From contig OZ316892.1 of assembly GCA_973895155.1 (NCBI GenBank), forward strand, positions 14,376,861 to 14,440,860: 64,000 nucleotides of DNA. The letters run 5' to 3'. Shown one piece after another: positions 39,063-52,500 of this stretch. The stretch comes from Marsupella aquatica (Eukaryota > Plantae > Marchantiophyta). The notes under the pieces were generated by a model, which was not told where the DNA came from, ran no database searches, and saw only the letters and a list, made by a program, of their open reading frames with translations. Position 1 is the first letter of the stretch, and every line of letters begins with the position of its first letter. Position numbers and translations under genes: made by a program.

Positions 39063-42000
39063 CCTCCCAAACGCTCTCGTTAGAACAAGATCTCCACATT
39101 CAACGTCATCCTTCCATCAGGGAGGCCAAAACATTTGTGTGAGGAAAACACCCCACAGGCCTGACCGTGGAATGGAACCTTAACCGCCGTCAGTAATCAA
39201 AGCGTGGCTCAGTTGAGGACACTTCAGGTCTTCTGACCAAGAAACTCCACGAACAGCTCCAAATTGCGGGTGCAATGTTTGAATCCTCCAATCCAGAGTA
39301 AAGAAATTCAGAAAATTTGGCGATAAAATCCCAGCAGCCGTGGCATCCGTAAGGAATCCCTTAGGGACACCCTCTCGAGTCAAATTCAACCAAGAAGAAC
39401 AGATGCGACGGAACAAAGGAGAGCCATCTGAGTAGTCTGTGAGAGAATCTTCTGCGGCGACCGGAACTGGTTACAGTATCGTCAATCACCTTCCTTCAAA
39501 AGACACGCCAGAGCCACGAGGATAAAGCCCTTGTGAGCTTCTACGAGACAGTCCGGAGTTATGGATTAAATGTGCAAGTTCGATTACGTCGTCATTCGCC
39601 AGAGACTGATTGGAAGTCCAAGACCTGCAAAACTCTCAGTCAAAGACATGAACGGATATTACGATGACGAGGCGATTACACTAGAGCCCGAAGCTTGTTA
39701 ATGACCTCGACAACAAAAGTCGGACGGGACTAACACTCTTGCTCCAATTGGCAACACGTCCAATCTAAGCTAGGTCAGTCACACGGGAAGAGGCCCTAGG
39801 TCCAATGAAACGAGTATACACTTGGGATCGGTGACAACGTGGAAAGCTGTCGAGCTATTTCTGCACCTGAATCAAAGGCAGGATGCACACCGACACACAC
39901 TAGAAAAAATAAAGGATAGTCCGGGAAGTGGACTTAATAATTATACCAATGACGACCAACCCTTCCAATAAGAACACAATTTCCAAACATGCCAGTTTGC
40001 CCCTAGAAATTCAAAGGGCTCTTCTAAGCTACTCCTACGACTTAAGCTAAGTATGTGGCCAAACCCCTCGTATATTAGAAATTGCTGCATGTGGGTTTGC
40101 CAGCTTCACGAGCAAAAGTAACTGAAGAGAATCGCTTGCAGAGCATATTGATTTCAGGATCATGACAATCACTCCGTCGAAAGTCACCCTTTGAGACTTC
40201 ACGAATACTCAGCGACAATCCCACATCGGCGACATTGTCACAAGCTGAAATGGAAAGTCTACTACAGAGATTCAACGTGTGGAAAATATGTGAACCCGTG
40301 AAGTCCACTGCCGGACAACAATCGTGGGCATTTCGTGAATTTTCGACACAGCCAAAACATAGGAACCAGAGAAAAATTCGAAAACACAAGACCATTCCAA
40401 CGACTGCAAGGAAGGCAACAGTAGTTCCGAACGGCCAACCCTTGTTGAAAATGGACACCAGTATCTATAATGTTCATCAAGGATTACCCTATATGTTCCA
40501 AGGGCCAAGCCAAGGCAAAACCCTACAATGTCCAGGAGGGTATTGAGAAGCATACCGGAGAAATGCCTCTTCGCTTCCCCAGTTTTTTGCCCCGGCAAAT
40601 TGTCCAAACTCCAAGACGAAATAACACCGGGCGAATATCGATCGTCAACTTTGCGATCCTCACGAAGCCCGATGCATGCTCGCCGTCACTTCGTCTCTTG
40701 CGTCACTCTTTTCGGAATTGAACCGCACAGAGAACATATCAATCTTCCAGGAAACAGAGGGCGCCAGAAATCAAACCGTGTGGCGTGACTGTAGGCACCT
40801 AACAACAAACCAAGCCTACTCAAGTCGACTTAGGACAATTCCAAAACCAGGTCCGGGCCAACGCGGGACATGGGGGAATCCAGATCGAGAGGGTTGGCAA
40901 CAGAAGCGAACGAATAGTACAAAGATGAGTAGAGCAAGATTTCCGTCCCATTGACCAGGACGGAGGAAGGATTGAACTACAGTTCCGTAAACTGCATCCA
41001 ATTCGAACACCCGACTGGACCTTTGGACGCACTGAGAATGGACAACGACAATGTTTCGCAGCCCGTTGCCATCAACGCTTAGGGTCCGTCCCTGACCAGT
41101 GTTGCCATGGCTGACCAATGCCATTGTGTGTGCCTTTTGCTGGACAATAATGTACAAACGTCTCACGTTAGGGAAGTGCTTTCTAGGGTTTGCCTGAACT
41201 ACATTATGGCTTTCAAGGCGTCTCAAAGCTTCAAATTTGAAGTACCTTTAATTGGTAATTAAGGTTATGGGCAGAAAAATCTATGAACTACCAAACATGG
41301 CTCGAAATTTGAAGGACCTTAATCAGTAGTTAAGGTTGTGGGCAGAAAATCTTTGGACTACCATTTGCCATAAAGATTGATTATGTGCCATGGCCACAAG
41401 TCACTCTAGAGGCTGGTGAAAAAAAAAATTCAAAAAACCTTATTGGTAACTCTGTGGAAAAGTTACAACCATTTGTTTATGGCCAAAAGTCCTCCTCAGC
41501 AACTTTGAAACATTTACTAGGTGCCCTAACGTGTAAGGTTAGAAGCCTTGCCAGGGTAGGAGAGGTGTTTACACTAATCAAATTCAAAGAAGGGCACAAA
41601 TGATTTTTTAAACAATCAACAGGTAAGCTTAGAAGCCATTTAAGGGCACCTTTACAAAGAAAGAGCATGTGATGTTTCCCAGACCAAAAGGAGTGGACAG
41701 TTACTTGAGCTTCCACGCCTATGACACAAATGGGATCCTGTGTGCGAGCCTGTGTGGGGCATGCAATCAATGCATTCCAATAAATTGAGTAGGCAAAAGT
41801 TTAGACCTCCTCTAACTTTGGCCACAAAAATAGTGTACATGTCACCATTCTCTTATGCATGTAGAGTAAAGCCTTCCAAGGAGGGAGCTCTCTTAAATAA
41901 GGGTTGTAAAGGCATGTCATTTAACAAATGGCCTTGGAGGGGTACTTTTATATTCCAAGGGAAACACACTAGGGCAGCCCACCAGGAGAAAGCAATGCCC

Positions 42001-42439
42001 ATAGCAAGAACATAAAAACCCAAACCTGAGAATGGTCAAGTAGAGGAAAACCTAACATCAAAGATTATCAGCAAGAGAGTGTAGTTGCTGCAAGTTTCGT
42101 GGGCATGCCAAGGTAACAGGCAGGACAGAAACGGTATGCCCTCCTTGTAGGAAAATCTAAACAATACAATCCCACTCTTTCTTTCTCATGGTTTGGTCAT
42201 AAAGTGCCATTCTAGTAGCTAGGAAGCCTTCCTGGCCATTGGATTATGGTGACCTTTTGACCTAAGCATGAGATGTACCTGAAGGTGTTATTGTGCACAT
42301 TTTCCATGCCCAACCTATCACCCTCCATACAGCATGCACACTTTTTGAAATCTAGTTATTAGGCCAAGTCATTGACTCCCCACAATTCTGACTGCTTGTG
42401 TTGAGCAAAAACTCAACTCTCAATGGCCTGCACATGAAT

Positions 42440-42700
42440 ATCCAACAAACAAGTGGTTGACACATAAATATATGTGATTCACCTTCAATGAGACTATGTC
42501 CACAAGCACACAAGACCTTTACTACACTCTAGGTTTGTCGGTCATACCAAGTCTCCGCAACACAAGTTGTCTCTATCTCTCAAGTGGCTCCATAACAATG
42601 AGCCTGGATTTCAACTCCACAAGCAAACACTACCTGGGTATAGAGGATGTAGCACGGCTAACCCAACCATGTTCTTGACTATGGTTAGCCTGAGTATAGC
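42440..42700 (-). mobile_element. LTR-like family core, inverted copy
   Basis: Reverse complement reads 'aggctaaccatagtc...cattgttatggagccacttgagagat...gacttggtatgaccga...ggacatagtctc...aggtgaatcacatat', homologous to 270-445 plus 1220-1280. Confidence 0.6.
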
Positions 42701-43399
42701 TTCAATTGTAACTAAGAGTTTTGGCCCTCTCACATGCTCAACAACACTTTTGCTCACACTTCTGTACTTACTATTGACAATATTGTGCAATTTAGAGGCG
42801 TTCAACATCAAGAATTTCATAATAGATGAGGGTCCAGAATGTTTGGAGCAATGACCAACAGTTTATATCTTCAAGTCATCAAGATTATACCCCTCTAGGC
42901 TCAAGAATGTTCTCTTAGGTTCTCTCTTGACAATTACTCCTAGTAAAGGACTTTTAACTTAAAGAGATTCATGGACATGCTGGTTTCATAAGGTCACCAC
43001 TATTGACATGGTCATAACAATGATCCTCACTTGCTGTTCTTTGTCTCACCTCAACAATTTCATGCATGGTCATAAGAATGATCCTGACTTGCAGCTCATT
43101 GTCTCACCTCAACAATTTCATGCTATGCATAGGTATTGTTGTCACCATGACAACATGGCTACAATGACAATCATGCATCACACAGGCATTGGGCTAGTTG
43201 ACAGGATAGCACTAGAATGAATGTAGGCAGCACATGAATTACAATTAGAATATGTAAATTTAGTAAGAGCCAATCCAATCAGCCCGAAAACTTTGGTAGA
43301 TCTGGCTCAGCAGTATGCAAGATACTCCAGGACTGCGGGAGCAACAACTGCCAAAAGTAAATATCCATTCTGCTGACATGAACCCAAGTAACACAGAAG

Positions 43400-43550
43400 A
43401 TATTGATGACAAGGGACCACAAATACCAGTCTGCCCTCCTACCTTGGACATAGATGAGGGACCACAAATACCAGTCTCCACGCCTACCACGGATTTAGTC
43501 GAGGGACCACACACTCAAGTGTACACTTCTACCACAGATGTAGATGACCG
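43400..43550 (+). repeat. Imperfect 48-bp tandem repeat, ~3 copies
   Basis: '(a/g)agggaccacaaataccagtct' at 43411 and 43456, with a diverged copy at 43501. The spacing is 45-48 bp and the repeat reads as D.DEGPQIPV in ORF 43315..43572. Confidence 0.65.
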
Positions 43551-44586
43551 TGATGAAATTAAGATTGTTTAGGAATCATACCAGTCCCTTTTCCTTGCTC
43601 GGACTGAACACACTCTGAAACTTTAAAGTTAAATCTACGAGTTACAAGCAGGTCTCCGAGAAACCACGTTATGGAAACAAGTACTTGAAACCTTCACCAA
43701 GTTCACTTTCAGTCAACTTGACAACTTCTCAGGTACTGGTTTCCCTGAATGCCTTCAAGAGCAATCTCCAATTACTCTTGCATTGTACCAGTGATTTGAA
43801 ATCCTGCTAAAGTGGTGTCAAATGATTTTCAAAGGATTACAGGACCTTCTTTTAATGTTGTACACCTAACAAATAGGTGCTTTAACGAGGACGGACGTCC
43901 GTGTCTAGACACATGGCTAGAGCCTTCTCTCAAGAACGGTCAAATGAATTGAACTAAAAATCCAGTTGAATCCATACGCCGACACTCGAAGCTTTCAAGA
44001 GAGAGACCTGTAGCAGAAGGTACACATTCATTACTCATGTCTACAGCGAGGTGAAGCTATCCCAAGAGGAAGTAAACGAGGAGCCAAGGTAAAGTCATCC
44101 GATCCAGAACACGAAAACAATTTACGAGAGGTCATAACTGACCACGAACTCAAGTGCACGATGGTTATCCAACACAACAATCATATCTCAAGTCCATGAG
44201 CGTCACATTATGACCATATTACAAAAATTAGTTGGGAGAGCACTTCCATTTTATGTCCCTAAGTCTCCTGACGAATAACGAATCCAGCAAAAATCCTTTA
44301 CAATATCTTCATTCATTTTCCATAACGAAGAATACGGAAACAGACTTCTTTTCCTGTTCATGGAAAAGTTCCGATTCCTGCGCTAGACACAGAATAGTGC
44401 ATTCCTTCCAAACGAATTCACCTGAAGCAAAGTCAAGTATGGATAGCCTTGGCCATGAAAAAGTGGGCACACTTCTTGTCCTGTACAATAGCCGATGTTC
44501 AGGCTTCTACTCAAGAAGTAATCCTCTGTGGACAGTGATGAAGGACTATTGAATCAATTCTCGTAGATATAACTAACAAAATGAAA

Positions 44587-47500
44587 CTAACTACGGGTCT
44601 GCGGAACGCCAATTTCACACAAGTACTCCACGAATTCATCAATCAAGTACGGCCATGCTCCTTCAGCATCATAGTTGTTTAGCGATGCATCGATTGTCTG
44701 CATAGAAAACACATCAAACAGGTGCAAGTGCAAATGTCCATAAAGAAAGATTCCTGTACTGCCCAAGAATAATCAGCAGCAGAACACTAGCCTTGCGGCA
44801 CCTTCACACACAGTTTACATCAACAACATGATGTGAAACTCTTAGGGTAGAGTACCGTTTCTACCCCAGCACTTGCAGGCAATGATCCTTATGGGTACTC
44901 AGAGCTGTGCATTTCGGCAAGTAGAACATGAAGCATACGTTCAATAGCGTACTACAGAGTATTTAGAACAAATACTTACCAAAGACAATTTCAATAAAAT
45001 CCGTAAAACTCTCAACAAACAAAGACATTCTGTCACACATCAAATTAACGTAAGACACCAAATTGATTTGATGGTACAGCAATTCTAAAAGCTCATCGCG
45101 AACAACAACTTGAATGTACGTACTCACCCTAGAGAACTCCAGGAGCTGTGACCAAGTGTCCTTAGAGATGGCCTTGTTGTGCTTGGCCTGCAGATACAAG
45201 GGGAAAGTTTATATTGGCGGATGTTAATGAGCATTCCCAGTTCATTACAGGTGTACAAGCTGATAAATCCCCTTTCGAGCTCTGTTGAGATACTAAAGTT
45301 TGCAAACCATTTACAAGAAAAGCTCCTTTAGGCTCACTTGTAAGAATTGACACCAATACTCCACCAATGCCCAAGATCGCTCGGCAAAAAGCAATCTCCA
45401 CATTCCCAAAGCTGTGTCTAGTGCAAGCGATTTCTGTCCCTGATAGAAAGTTCCGTAACAGTTGTCAGAATTTTGTTAAATGCCACGGGAGTAAGGACTA
45501 ACGTTATTACGGCGAAACAGGCACCCTGTTGTGTTCCTGGAACGGGAAAATAAAAGTTTTTCAAGACTTAAATTACAAGTAAGGTCTACAAATATTAATT
45601 AAATTCTTGATCAACACAAGAACTCCTGAAACAAAGACTATACCTTTTCTTTGGCCCAAGCAAAGGCAAAGTTGTAGATCTCTCGAAATTTATCTGCATC
45701 TCAAGACAATCGAGATATCTTTCAACGATTCATGCAGGAAAAAGTACTCAAAATGTATTCTTAAGTGATCTGGCCCAAATATACCCTTCTCCACGGCACA
45801 TGTCTCAAGTCCTCGGTTTTGCCCTTGCAAGACCCGGGTCAACAGCTGCATGGCCCCAGTACCCTTGGTCTATGGATACAATACATCACTTCTTTAGTGC
45901 ATCAGATTGGTCCAAACACGAGAAAATGTGAGAGGAACAAAGAGAATACTTAGGAAATTCTGTCCACATCGTAAGAGCTACTTGCTGTAACATTAAGTTT
46001 AGCAGCGCTGATATCATCGAGCGGAGAGACAAAAATTTAAAAAATGTAAGACATAGACAAGGTATAAGAATTAAAGGGTCTGGGAATGAATTTGACAAGG
46101 AAATGTACATGAGAATAGACGGGTACACTTTGGCAAGATCTGCCAGAGGCCCACAGCAAGGTCAGCAATTCACAAAATTTGCCAGCCTCACTCATCCCAT
46201 GACCAAGATCCGTGGACAAGCGATGCAAGCACCAGACTATTGATTGTGCCTTCAACCATCTTTGCCCTTATCATTACCTCTATGTTTATGACGAAAATCT
46301 GATGACCCTCTCGGTAAGAATGATGCCTAAAAGGCAAGCACTGAAGAAACCTTTATAGATGAAAACGCATTAGGGACAACAACCACCCCGAGGTTCAATC
46401 ACTGCATATCAAGTGTGTCAAAGCTTAGGTCACATACGTTCATCTTTGAGCTCCGCTCGCAAGGAGGGAAGCAAATATTTCAGCTTATCAATAGAATCCA
46501 CTCTGCCAGGCATGGAGCAACTGATCAGACAATGCATACTGAAACATCGTGTCGGCCAGATTCGTACATAATCGAGCTAAAAAACAAGGTGATACAATAC
46601 AAGTACTGTCAACCCATCGATGTCTTTCCCTGTGAACATACCCAAGCGTCTGCAGTCCTCCAACGAACTCTTGTCTTGAAAATTCACACATTGTAGCTGC
46701 TTTCATATGCCACGAAATAACCAACTACAAAGACAATCACAAACAGAGTCAGAACAGTTCCCGCGGACAAGTCTTTAATCCATAATTCATTACACCAGAA
46801 GCATTACAAGTGGTGGGTTCCATATATCTTCTCAATAATATGCACAAACACAGCTTGCAGACATCTGCACATTCCCGACAACAAAGACAATCTACGTGTT
46901 AATATAGGGTTTCTAAATAATTGACCAACTTAATGCTCAATCGGTTTCAAAGTCTTGTCCATTGAAAGCCAAATTAAAATTACCATGACGACGTCCCCCG
47001 GATCAGTTTGCAAATCCTCACAGAACAAGGAGACGCCATCAACCAATACCATATCACAATATGGATCTGCAAAACGAATTAGGTCAGTGACACTGTCCCA
47101 GGAGCACCTTTTCATGTGCCCGACATTTATCAGTTAAAGCTTAAATCAGAGCCCAGATGAATGTAATTGTGGGAGCCACCTAGTTCCTTCAAACCGGCCA
47201 GTTGAAGTAGCTCAGGCTGTCCCTCTAAAGACTCTTACCTTTGTACCGCATATAAAGCTCTTCCAAATGCCGTGGGTCTGTAGTTGGTCTAGCAGGTGGT
47301 TGATTGTAGAAGAATTCGAAAGCCCCTTCCAGATTCCAGTCACTAGCTTTTAATGCAGCTAAAGCAGCCTTTTCGCTACAACTGTAGTTCATCAAAATTT
47401 CGTTAGCTCAATGACCTGAAGTGCGAGTAAACTGCAAGAACTATTGAAAGAAATGGGCAACGAAGATGAGAGGCTTTCCAAAAAGATGTAAGCTTGAGGG

Positions 47501-47970
47501 ACCTCTATATTCGAGTTCTGACCTCCACAGCTGGCATGATACTCTCAGACCCAGCCAAAGTAAGACGAGATGACTAGCATGTTATGCTCTTAGGGAAGAG
47601 AGTGAGCTTACTTTGCTCCTGCGATGCTCATGAACTGATGGACCTTGTCCCGATTCCCTCGCCCAAGTTTATTCTGCCACATGACAGGAGGAAATTGAAT
47701 CAGCAATGATAACGGATTTCCACCTTGAAGAAGTAGACTGCAAAGCTGGCATGCCGAAGCAGAGGACGATCGACGACCACAGAAGTTCAACGAGAGAAAA
47801 ATTGTAGCCACTTCATGCACGCCCGCGCGTAGGCAGGGGTTTGGAAGTTCCAAATAAACCCTACTATGTAATTTTCCATAGAAATCACTTGAGGATAAGC
47901 ACACTTCCCTCGTTGCATACGCATACAATTAATAGAGATAAACCAACAAGCGAACGAGACGACTCACCAT
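44587..47970 (-). CDS. DCN1: Defective in cullin neddylation 1 (UBA-like plus PONY domain)
   Basis: Exons 47970-47968 (ATG), 47673-47612, 47375-47239, 47066-46984, 46724-46642, 46502-46438, 45693-45644, 45439-45338, 45187-45128 and 44697-44587. Motifs: LKASDWNLEGAF, LVISWHMKAATMCEFSRQEF, FREIYNFAFAWAKEKGQKSLALDTA, KAISKDTWSQLLEF, NYDAEGAWPYLIDEFVEYL. Confidence 0.97.
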
Positions 47971-48889
47971 CGTGAAAGCTAGTAAGGGAACCTCGAACGC
48001 TTATTTCAACTCTGTTCTTAGTTTTCCTCCTCTGTTACAGCAGATTCCAGTCACTATTTCTCGCAACTCCTCGGGCAACTCCGGCTGCGTCTCTCACCAT
48101 CGTCCGTCCAGTCAAACCGAGGCCCGCCAGCCAGCCCGCCCGTCACGCACTTATCATGTTCCTGCTTCTTTCTTGTTCCCTTCAGCTGCCATTCATGTCA
48201 CCTAAACCTCATCTCATCTCATCTCATCTCATTCGTCCAATCGCCTCCCAAGCATTCCGGCCCCAAAGCCCTTGCTACACGGCCAACCTTAAACACGAAA
48301 CGCACTCTGCAATCTACCACTTCTTGTCCTGATTCATATCCGCCACGACCTGTGGCAATCCCTCGGACACTCCCACTTCCCTCCTTTCTCTCCGTCGTTC
48401 CCCCCCTTGCTGCTCCTCGTGCGCCACCACCCAATGCGTCGTGACGCATACGTACCATGCGAGATGGAGCGCATAAAAGCTCGAAGAGCGGAAATGAAAA
48501 TTTCTCCAATCCTTGAAACTACTACTACACTTGCGGAAAGCGGTAGCAGGAATGCACGAAGAACACCCACCCTCTTGCTCGGACCGAATAATGAACACCT
48601 CCCCACCACCGCAAATCTGTTCTCACGCAGCGCTCGAAAGAGTTCCTTGACGGACGAATGGAATGACCACTGGATTGCTACTGCGTACATGGTGTGTGCA
48701 CTGTGCAGTAGTAGTACTGTGGAAGGGACGGGTGTGTGGATGCACAGTTGTAAATGCCATTCCGGTTTGCGCACGACCTCGCTAAACCTTAATTGTTTAT
48801 CATGTTAAGTAAATTTCCCCCTCCCTCTTCCTTCCCATTATTGGGTTCCTTTGCCTTTTGGGACCGGGTCTCAGAGGTCTCCTGGTATG

Positions 48890-49212
48890 GTCTTTTAGTC
48901 TTTTGGCACTGTGGTATATATAGTTGGTGAATTAGTAGTAATGCTTTGCCTTTAAAACCCTGCCTCCAGGTATGGCATTTTTGTCTTGGCACTATTTTAT
49001 TTATAGTTTGGTCTTGTAGTCTGTCTTGGCACTATTTTATTCATAGTTTGGTCTTGTAGTCTGTCTTGGCACTATTTTATTTATAGTTTGGTCTTGTAGT
49101 CTTTTGGCACTGCGTTATATATAGTTAGTAAACTAGTAATGCTTTGCCTTTGGGACCCTGCCCCCGGCATGGCGTTTTTGTTTTTTGGCACTTGATATAT
49201 ATAGTTTGGTCA
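48890..49212. repeat. Minisatellite array (left half): 40-bp units and ~120-bp higher-order units
   Basis: 'tgtcttggcactattttatt(t/c)atagtttggtcttgtagtc' x3 (48982-49101), plus 'ttttggcactg...atatagtt...gctttgccttt...accctgcc' units. Confidence 0.85.
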
Positions 49213-50025
49213 TTACGGACCCCCATGGGAAGCTCATTGCAAAATCCATGGAAGCATGTGTAGCCACAACATCAGCAATACTGGTCCCAGACAATAACAG
49301 TTACTTATGCAAGAAGAACCCAACATGACTACCGTCTTCCCCCGAACACAGCGCCCGGGCGCTATATTCGAATAGTGGGCCAAGGGGCGCTATATTCGAA
49401 TAGTGAGCCCAGGGCGTTGTGTTCGAGTTTTGAGACTCTGTTTATGATTTTTTAGCATGTGGCGTTGTGTTTGAATTGTGGCGTTGTGCTCGAATTGTGG
49501 CGTTGTGCTCGAATTTAGGCATTATATGAATTTGGGGTATAAGCTGGAATTATAGGATACAACCAATGTGTTAGAGATAAGTGTTAAATTGGGAAAATGT
49601 AGCTACTTTAAACACTGAAATGCAACAAGTCATGGGTAGTCTAGAACAAATTAATAAGACCTTACAAACCATGCAAAAAATTGCCCAAGTCAACATTATC
49701 ACTTGATAAACATATAATTATGTAAAACATATTTAATTATGACATATTTGTAGTTCCAAAAGGTCACTATTGTGAACAACATAATTTACAACATAAACAC
49801 AAGTGTTCAATTGCCTCAAAAGAGATACATTTTTGTATGGAAGCATCATGAACACACAAAATGAAGTCAAAATGCTTGGACAAGTTCACCTTGTGTACCT
49901 ATGAGAGTTACAAAGTTTTACTCTCTTTGAAGAACCAGTCCTAATATCCATCTCATAACTCTCATAGTGACACAAGGAACACATGCCCAAGAAGGTTGTC
50001 ACCCAACAAGGATGATGTGCATGCA

Positions 50026-52026
50026 CTACATCAACCTTTCATTCAGCTGAACACAAAAGTAATTCCTTGTTCGTGCTAAATGAACTTGCTTGACAGGATC
50101 CTCCACCTTGTACACAAAATTTTGGATGATCTTGTTGTCAAGGTTCACTTCCGTGAGCTCAATCTCCCACTCCTCCAAGTTTGAAGCTGCAAACACTGCC
50201 AAGGTACCTGCCACCATTTCTCCACTTACCATGTCAGCTGCAGCATCATCATCATCAAAAATGTCATCAAGATCAGGACACAGCGACATGTGCACCACCA
50301 GCTTTATGACATAGGTGTCAAGGTATTCGTCCACATCACTTCCGTGTATACCCTTGCAACGAAGAAGGCATCTGAACAAAGAGTAATCCTCTTCAGGACA
50401 AAACCATGTAGGTGGCTCGATGACGAGAGTGGGATGCAATTCTTCACTCTCCTGCAGTACATGCCCATACTGTTCATTCCATTCAGCTAAGTCCAAGTCT
50501 GCTGCATACAAAGCTCTTAGTGGCGGATGTAGGTTTTCCACTGCAAATTGTGAGCTGGGCACCAAGCCACAAACCTGACAACACAAGAAGCATCAACTTA
50601 ATTAGGATTCACTATAAAATATTTGCCAAATGTTTCCACATAAAATGTTTGTACATACAAATAATGTCAAAACTTCTCCACCTTACCCTAAATGCATTTG
50701 CCACGTCCTGTTTTTGACATTTTCCAATCCATGAAAGTGCCCATTCTGCCACCATCTTGGCAGCCGGAACTTTAGGGTTTCCTGCAGTTGTCTGAAAATT
50801 TGGATCAATTAAGGCATCTGCAATGTAAGTGTCATATTGTGTTGCATAATCTGCCTGATAGCTCCGGTTCACTGCAACATCAAGAGGCTACAAGAGGGAG
50901 GTCAAATTTTCCGGCACAATCCGCACAAACACATTGTAGTCCTCCAGTACCTTTGCATGTGCCTTGGGCCACTTCAAGTGGGGACCATATGCGTCAATGA
51001 TGTATAGAGTGGGCTCCCGGTAGAATTGGGTCTCACCTCGCTTCATCTCTGTTTCATTGAAGTGTTCCCAACATATCCGTTCATTCCACATACCTGCATA
51101 GTATAAAACCCACGGTCAATAATTACAAAAGAGTTTGTTTACTGGCAACCCTAAAAAAGTCATGAAAATTACAAAAGAGAAGCTTAGTTTGCAAGATAAT
51201 AGATATTGAAAAAATATACCTGTCTGGTTCACATCGACAAACACGCCCAACGGGACTTCAGGTTTATTCTTCCTCTTTGAGATGAGGATGTGTGGTTTCA
51301 AATGCTTGCCTTCTCCTGTGATGGAAAAGCTATGGTGAATCGTTTGTGGCTGGTACCACCCTTTGTCATCATCACCGTCCGAATGCCTCTGGTAGCAATA
51401 GTTGACTTTGGCTCAGTCTCATAGTACCGCGGAACCTGATCCATGTTGATAATGTTTTTGGGCTTAATTTTGTTAGTGTCAATCAATTCTTGGCACTCTT
51501 GAATGAATGCCCGGCACAAATCAACAGCATTCTCTGGTAGCTTGCAATCTGTTGTGTGTCTCCTTGACACCAGGTTGTGTTGCTTCTTGAACCTATCCAA
51601 CCAACCTGTTGACGCTTTAAATGTCGCGAGCTCCTCATTTGCTGTGCTGGCAGCCATCCTCTCGGCAATCTTCAAGGCCATCTTGGCGATGTACATGTTC
51701 TTCACCCTCAATCCCTTCTCATTCCGTGCCAGGATCCAAGTGTGAAGCTCCTCCTCCATTCCGAGCAGCAATGGTCTCCGTCCACCTCCCCTTAACCGGC
51801 GTGATTTCCGGGTTAAGATCTTATCGTCCTTAAGAGAGGCTTGCAACTGTGCCCTCTTCTCATACCACCCTCTCAAAGCAGACCGGGGCACTCCAAATTT
51901 TTTGTTGAGTGCCACAAAGCCTTGCCCTTTGATGTGAGGGTTGTATTCCCGAATCACATCCAACTTGAACTTAAGAGAATAAGTTCGTCGCTTCTCATTT
52001 GCTGTCCCACGGGGATGTCTCGCCAT
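50026..52026 (-). pseudogene. pogo transposase (Brinker/psq-like HTH, CENP-B HTH, DDE_1, C-terminal OTU-like domain), ~587 aa when reconstructed; two lesions
   Basis: Motifs RRTYSLKFKLDVI, FKASTGWLDRFKKQH, IINMDQVP, YIIDAYGPH and VPENLTSLL*PLDVAVNR. Phase-compatible introns at 51219-51094 and 50686-50575. One base is missing in the A-run at 51325-51328, and CAG>TAG at 50888-50890 interrupts QPLD. Confidence 0.9.
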
Positions 52027-52289
52027 AGCTGCCACTGCAAAAGAAAATACCATCTATCAAATGAATGGCAGGGGCGACAACCTCCTGCACATAGCACTTT
52101 TAACCCTGCCTGCAAGGGTTAAGTCGACAAAGGCATGAAATTCAACGAGAGAGTGGTCAGCTGTGCTTGTGAGCATTTTTGGCAAAGCTATTGTACATTC
52201 GACTACCATCTGGCCTTCATAAGGATTCACAGAGTCCCCAGTTTGGAGGATTTGACCTAAGGAAAGAGATCGTGGACAATATATTCTCC

Positions 52290-52500
52290 CACTCTCCCAC
52301 TCTCCCACTCGATCGACTGTCAACTACTCCCACTCGATCGACTGTCAACTAAATCCACTCGATTGACTATCCCACTCGATCGAATGTCAACCAAATCCAC
52401 TCTCCCACTCGATCGATTGTCAACTACTGACTATCAAATGTCAGTCTCCCACTCACTATCGACTATCAATCCCACTCAAGTATCGAGTATCGATCGACGA
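52290..52500. repeat. Degenerate short tandem repeats between the divergent transposase and cargo genes
   Basis: Repeated 'ctcccactcgatcgactgtcaacta' variants, followed by a GA-rich tract at 52740-52990. Confidence 0.75.

Noticed and set aside
40075-41226. Multiple 70-136 aa ORFs on both strands
   Set aside because: Probably the leader and promoter of the DCD-Kelch gene; no motifs were found.
42430-42480. Peptide YVSTT..LDI resembling the end of copia RNase H
   Set aside because: The same bases align at DNA level to the non-coding LTR-like core, so the peptide match is coincidental.
48219-48808. Overlapping 94-146 aa ORFs
   Set aside because: This is the GC-rich DCN1 promoter region and no domain is recognisable.
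48982-49101. Regularly spaced repeats resembling a CRISPR array
   Set aside because: The units are head-to-tail with no unique spacers, there are no cas genes and the context is eukaryotic.
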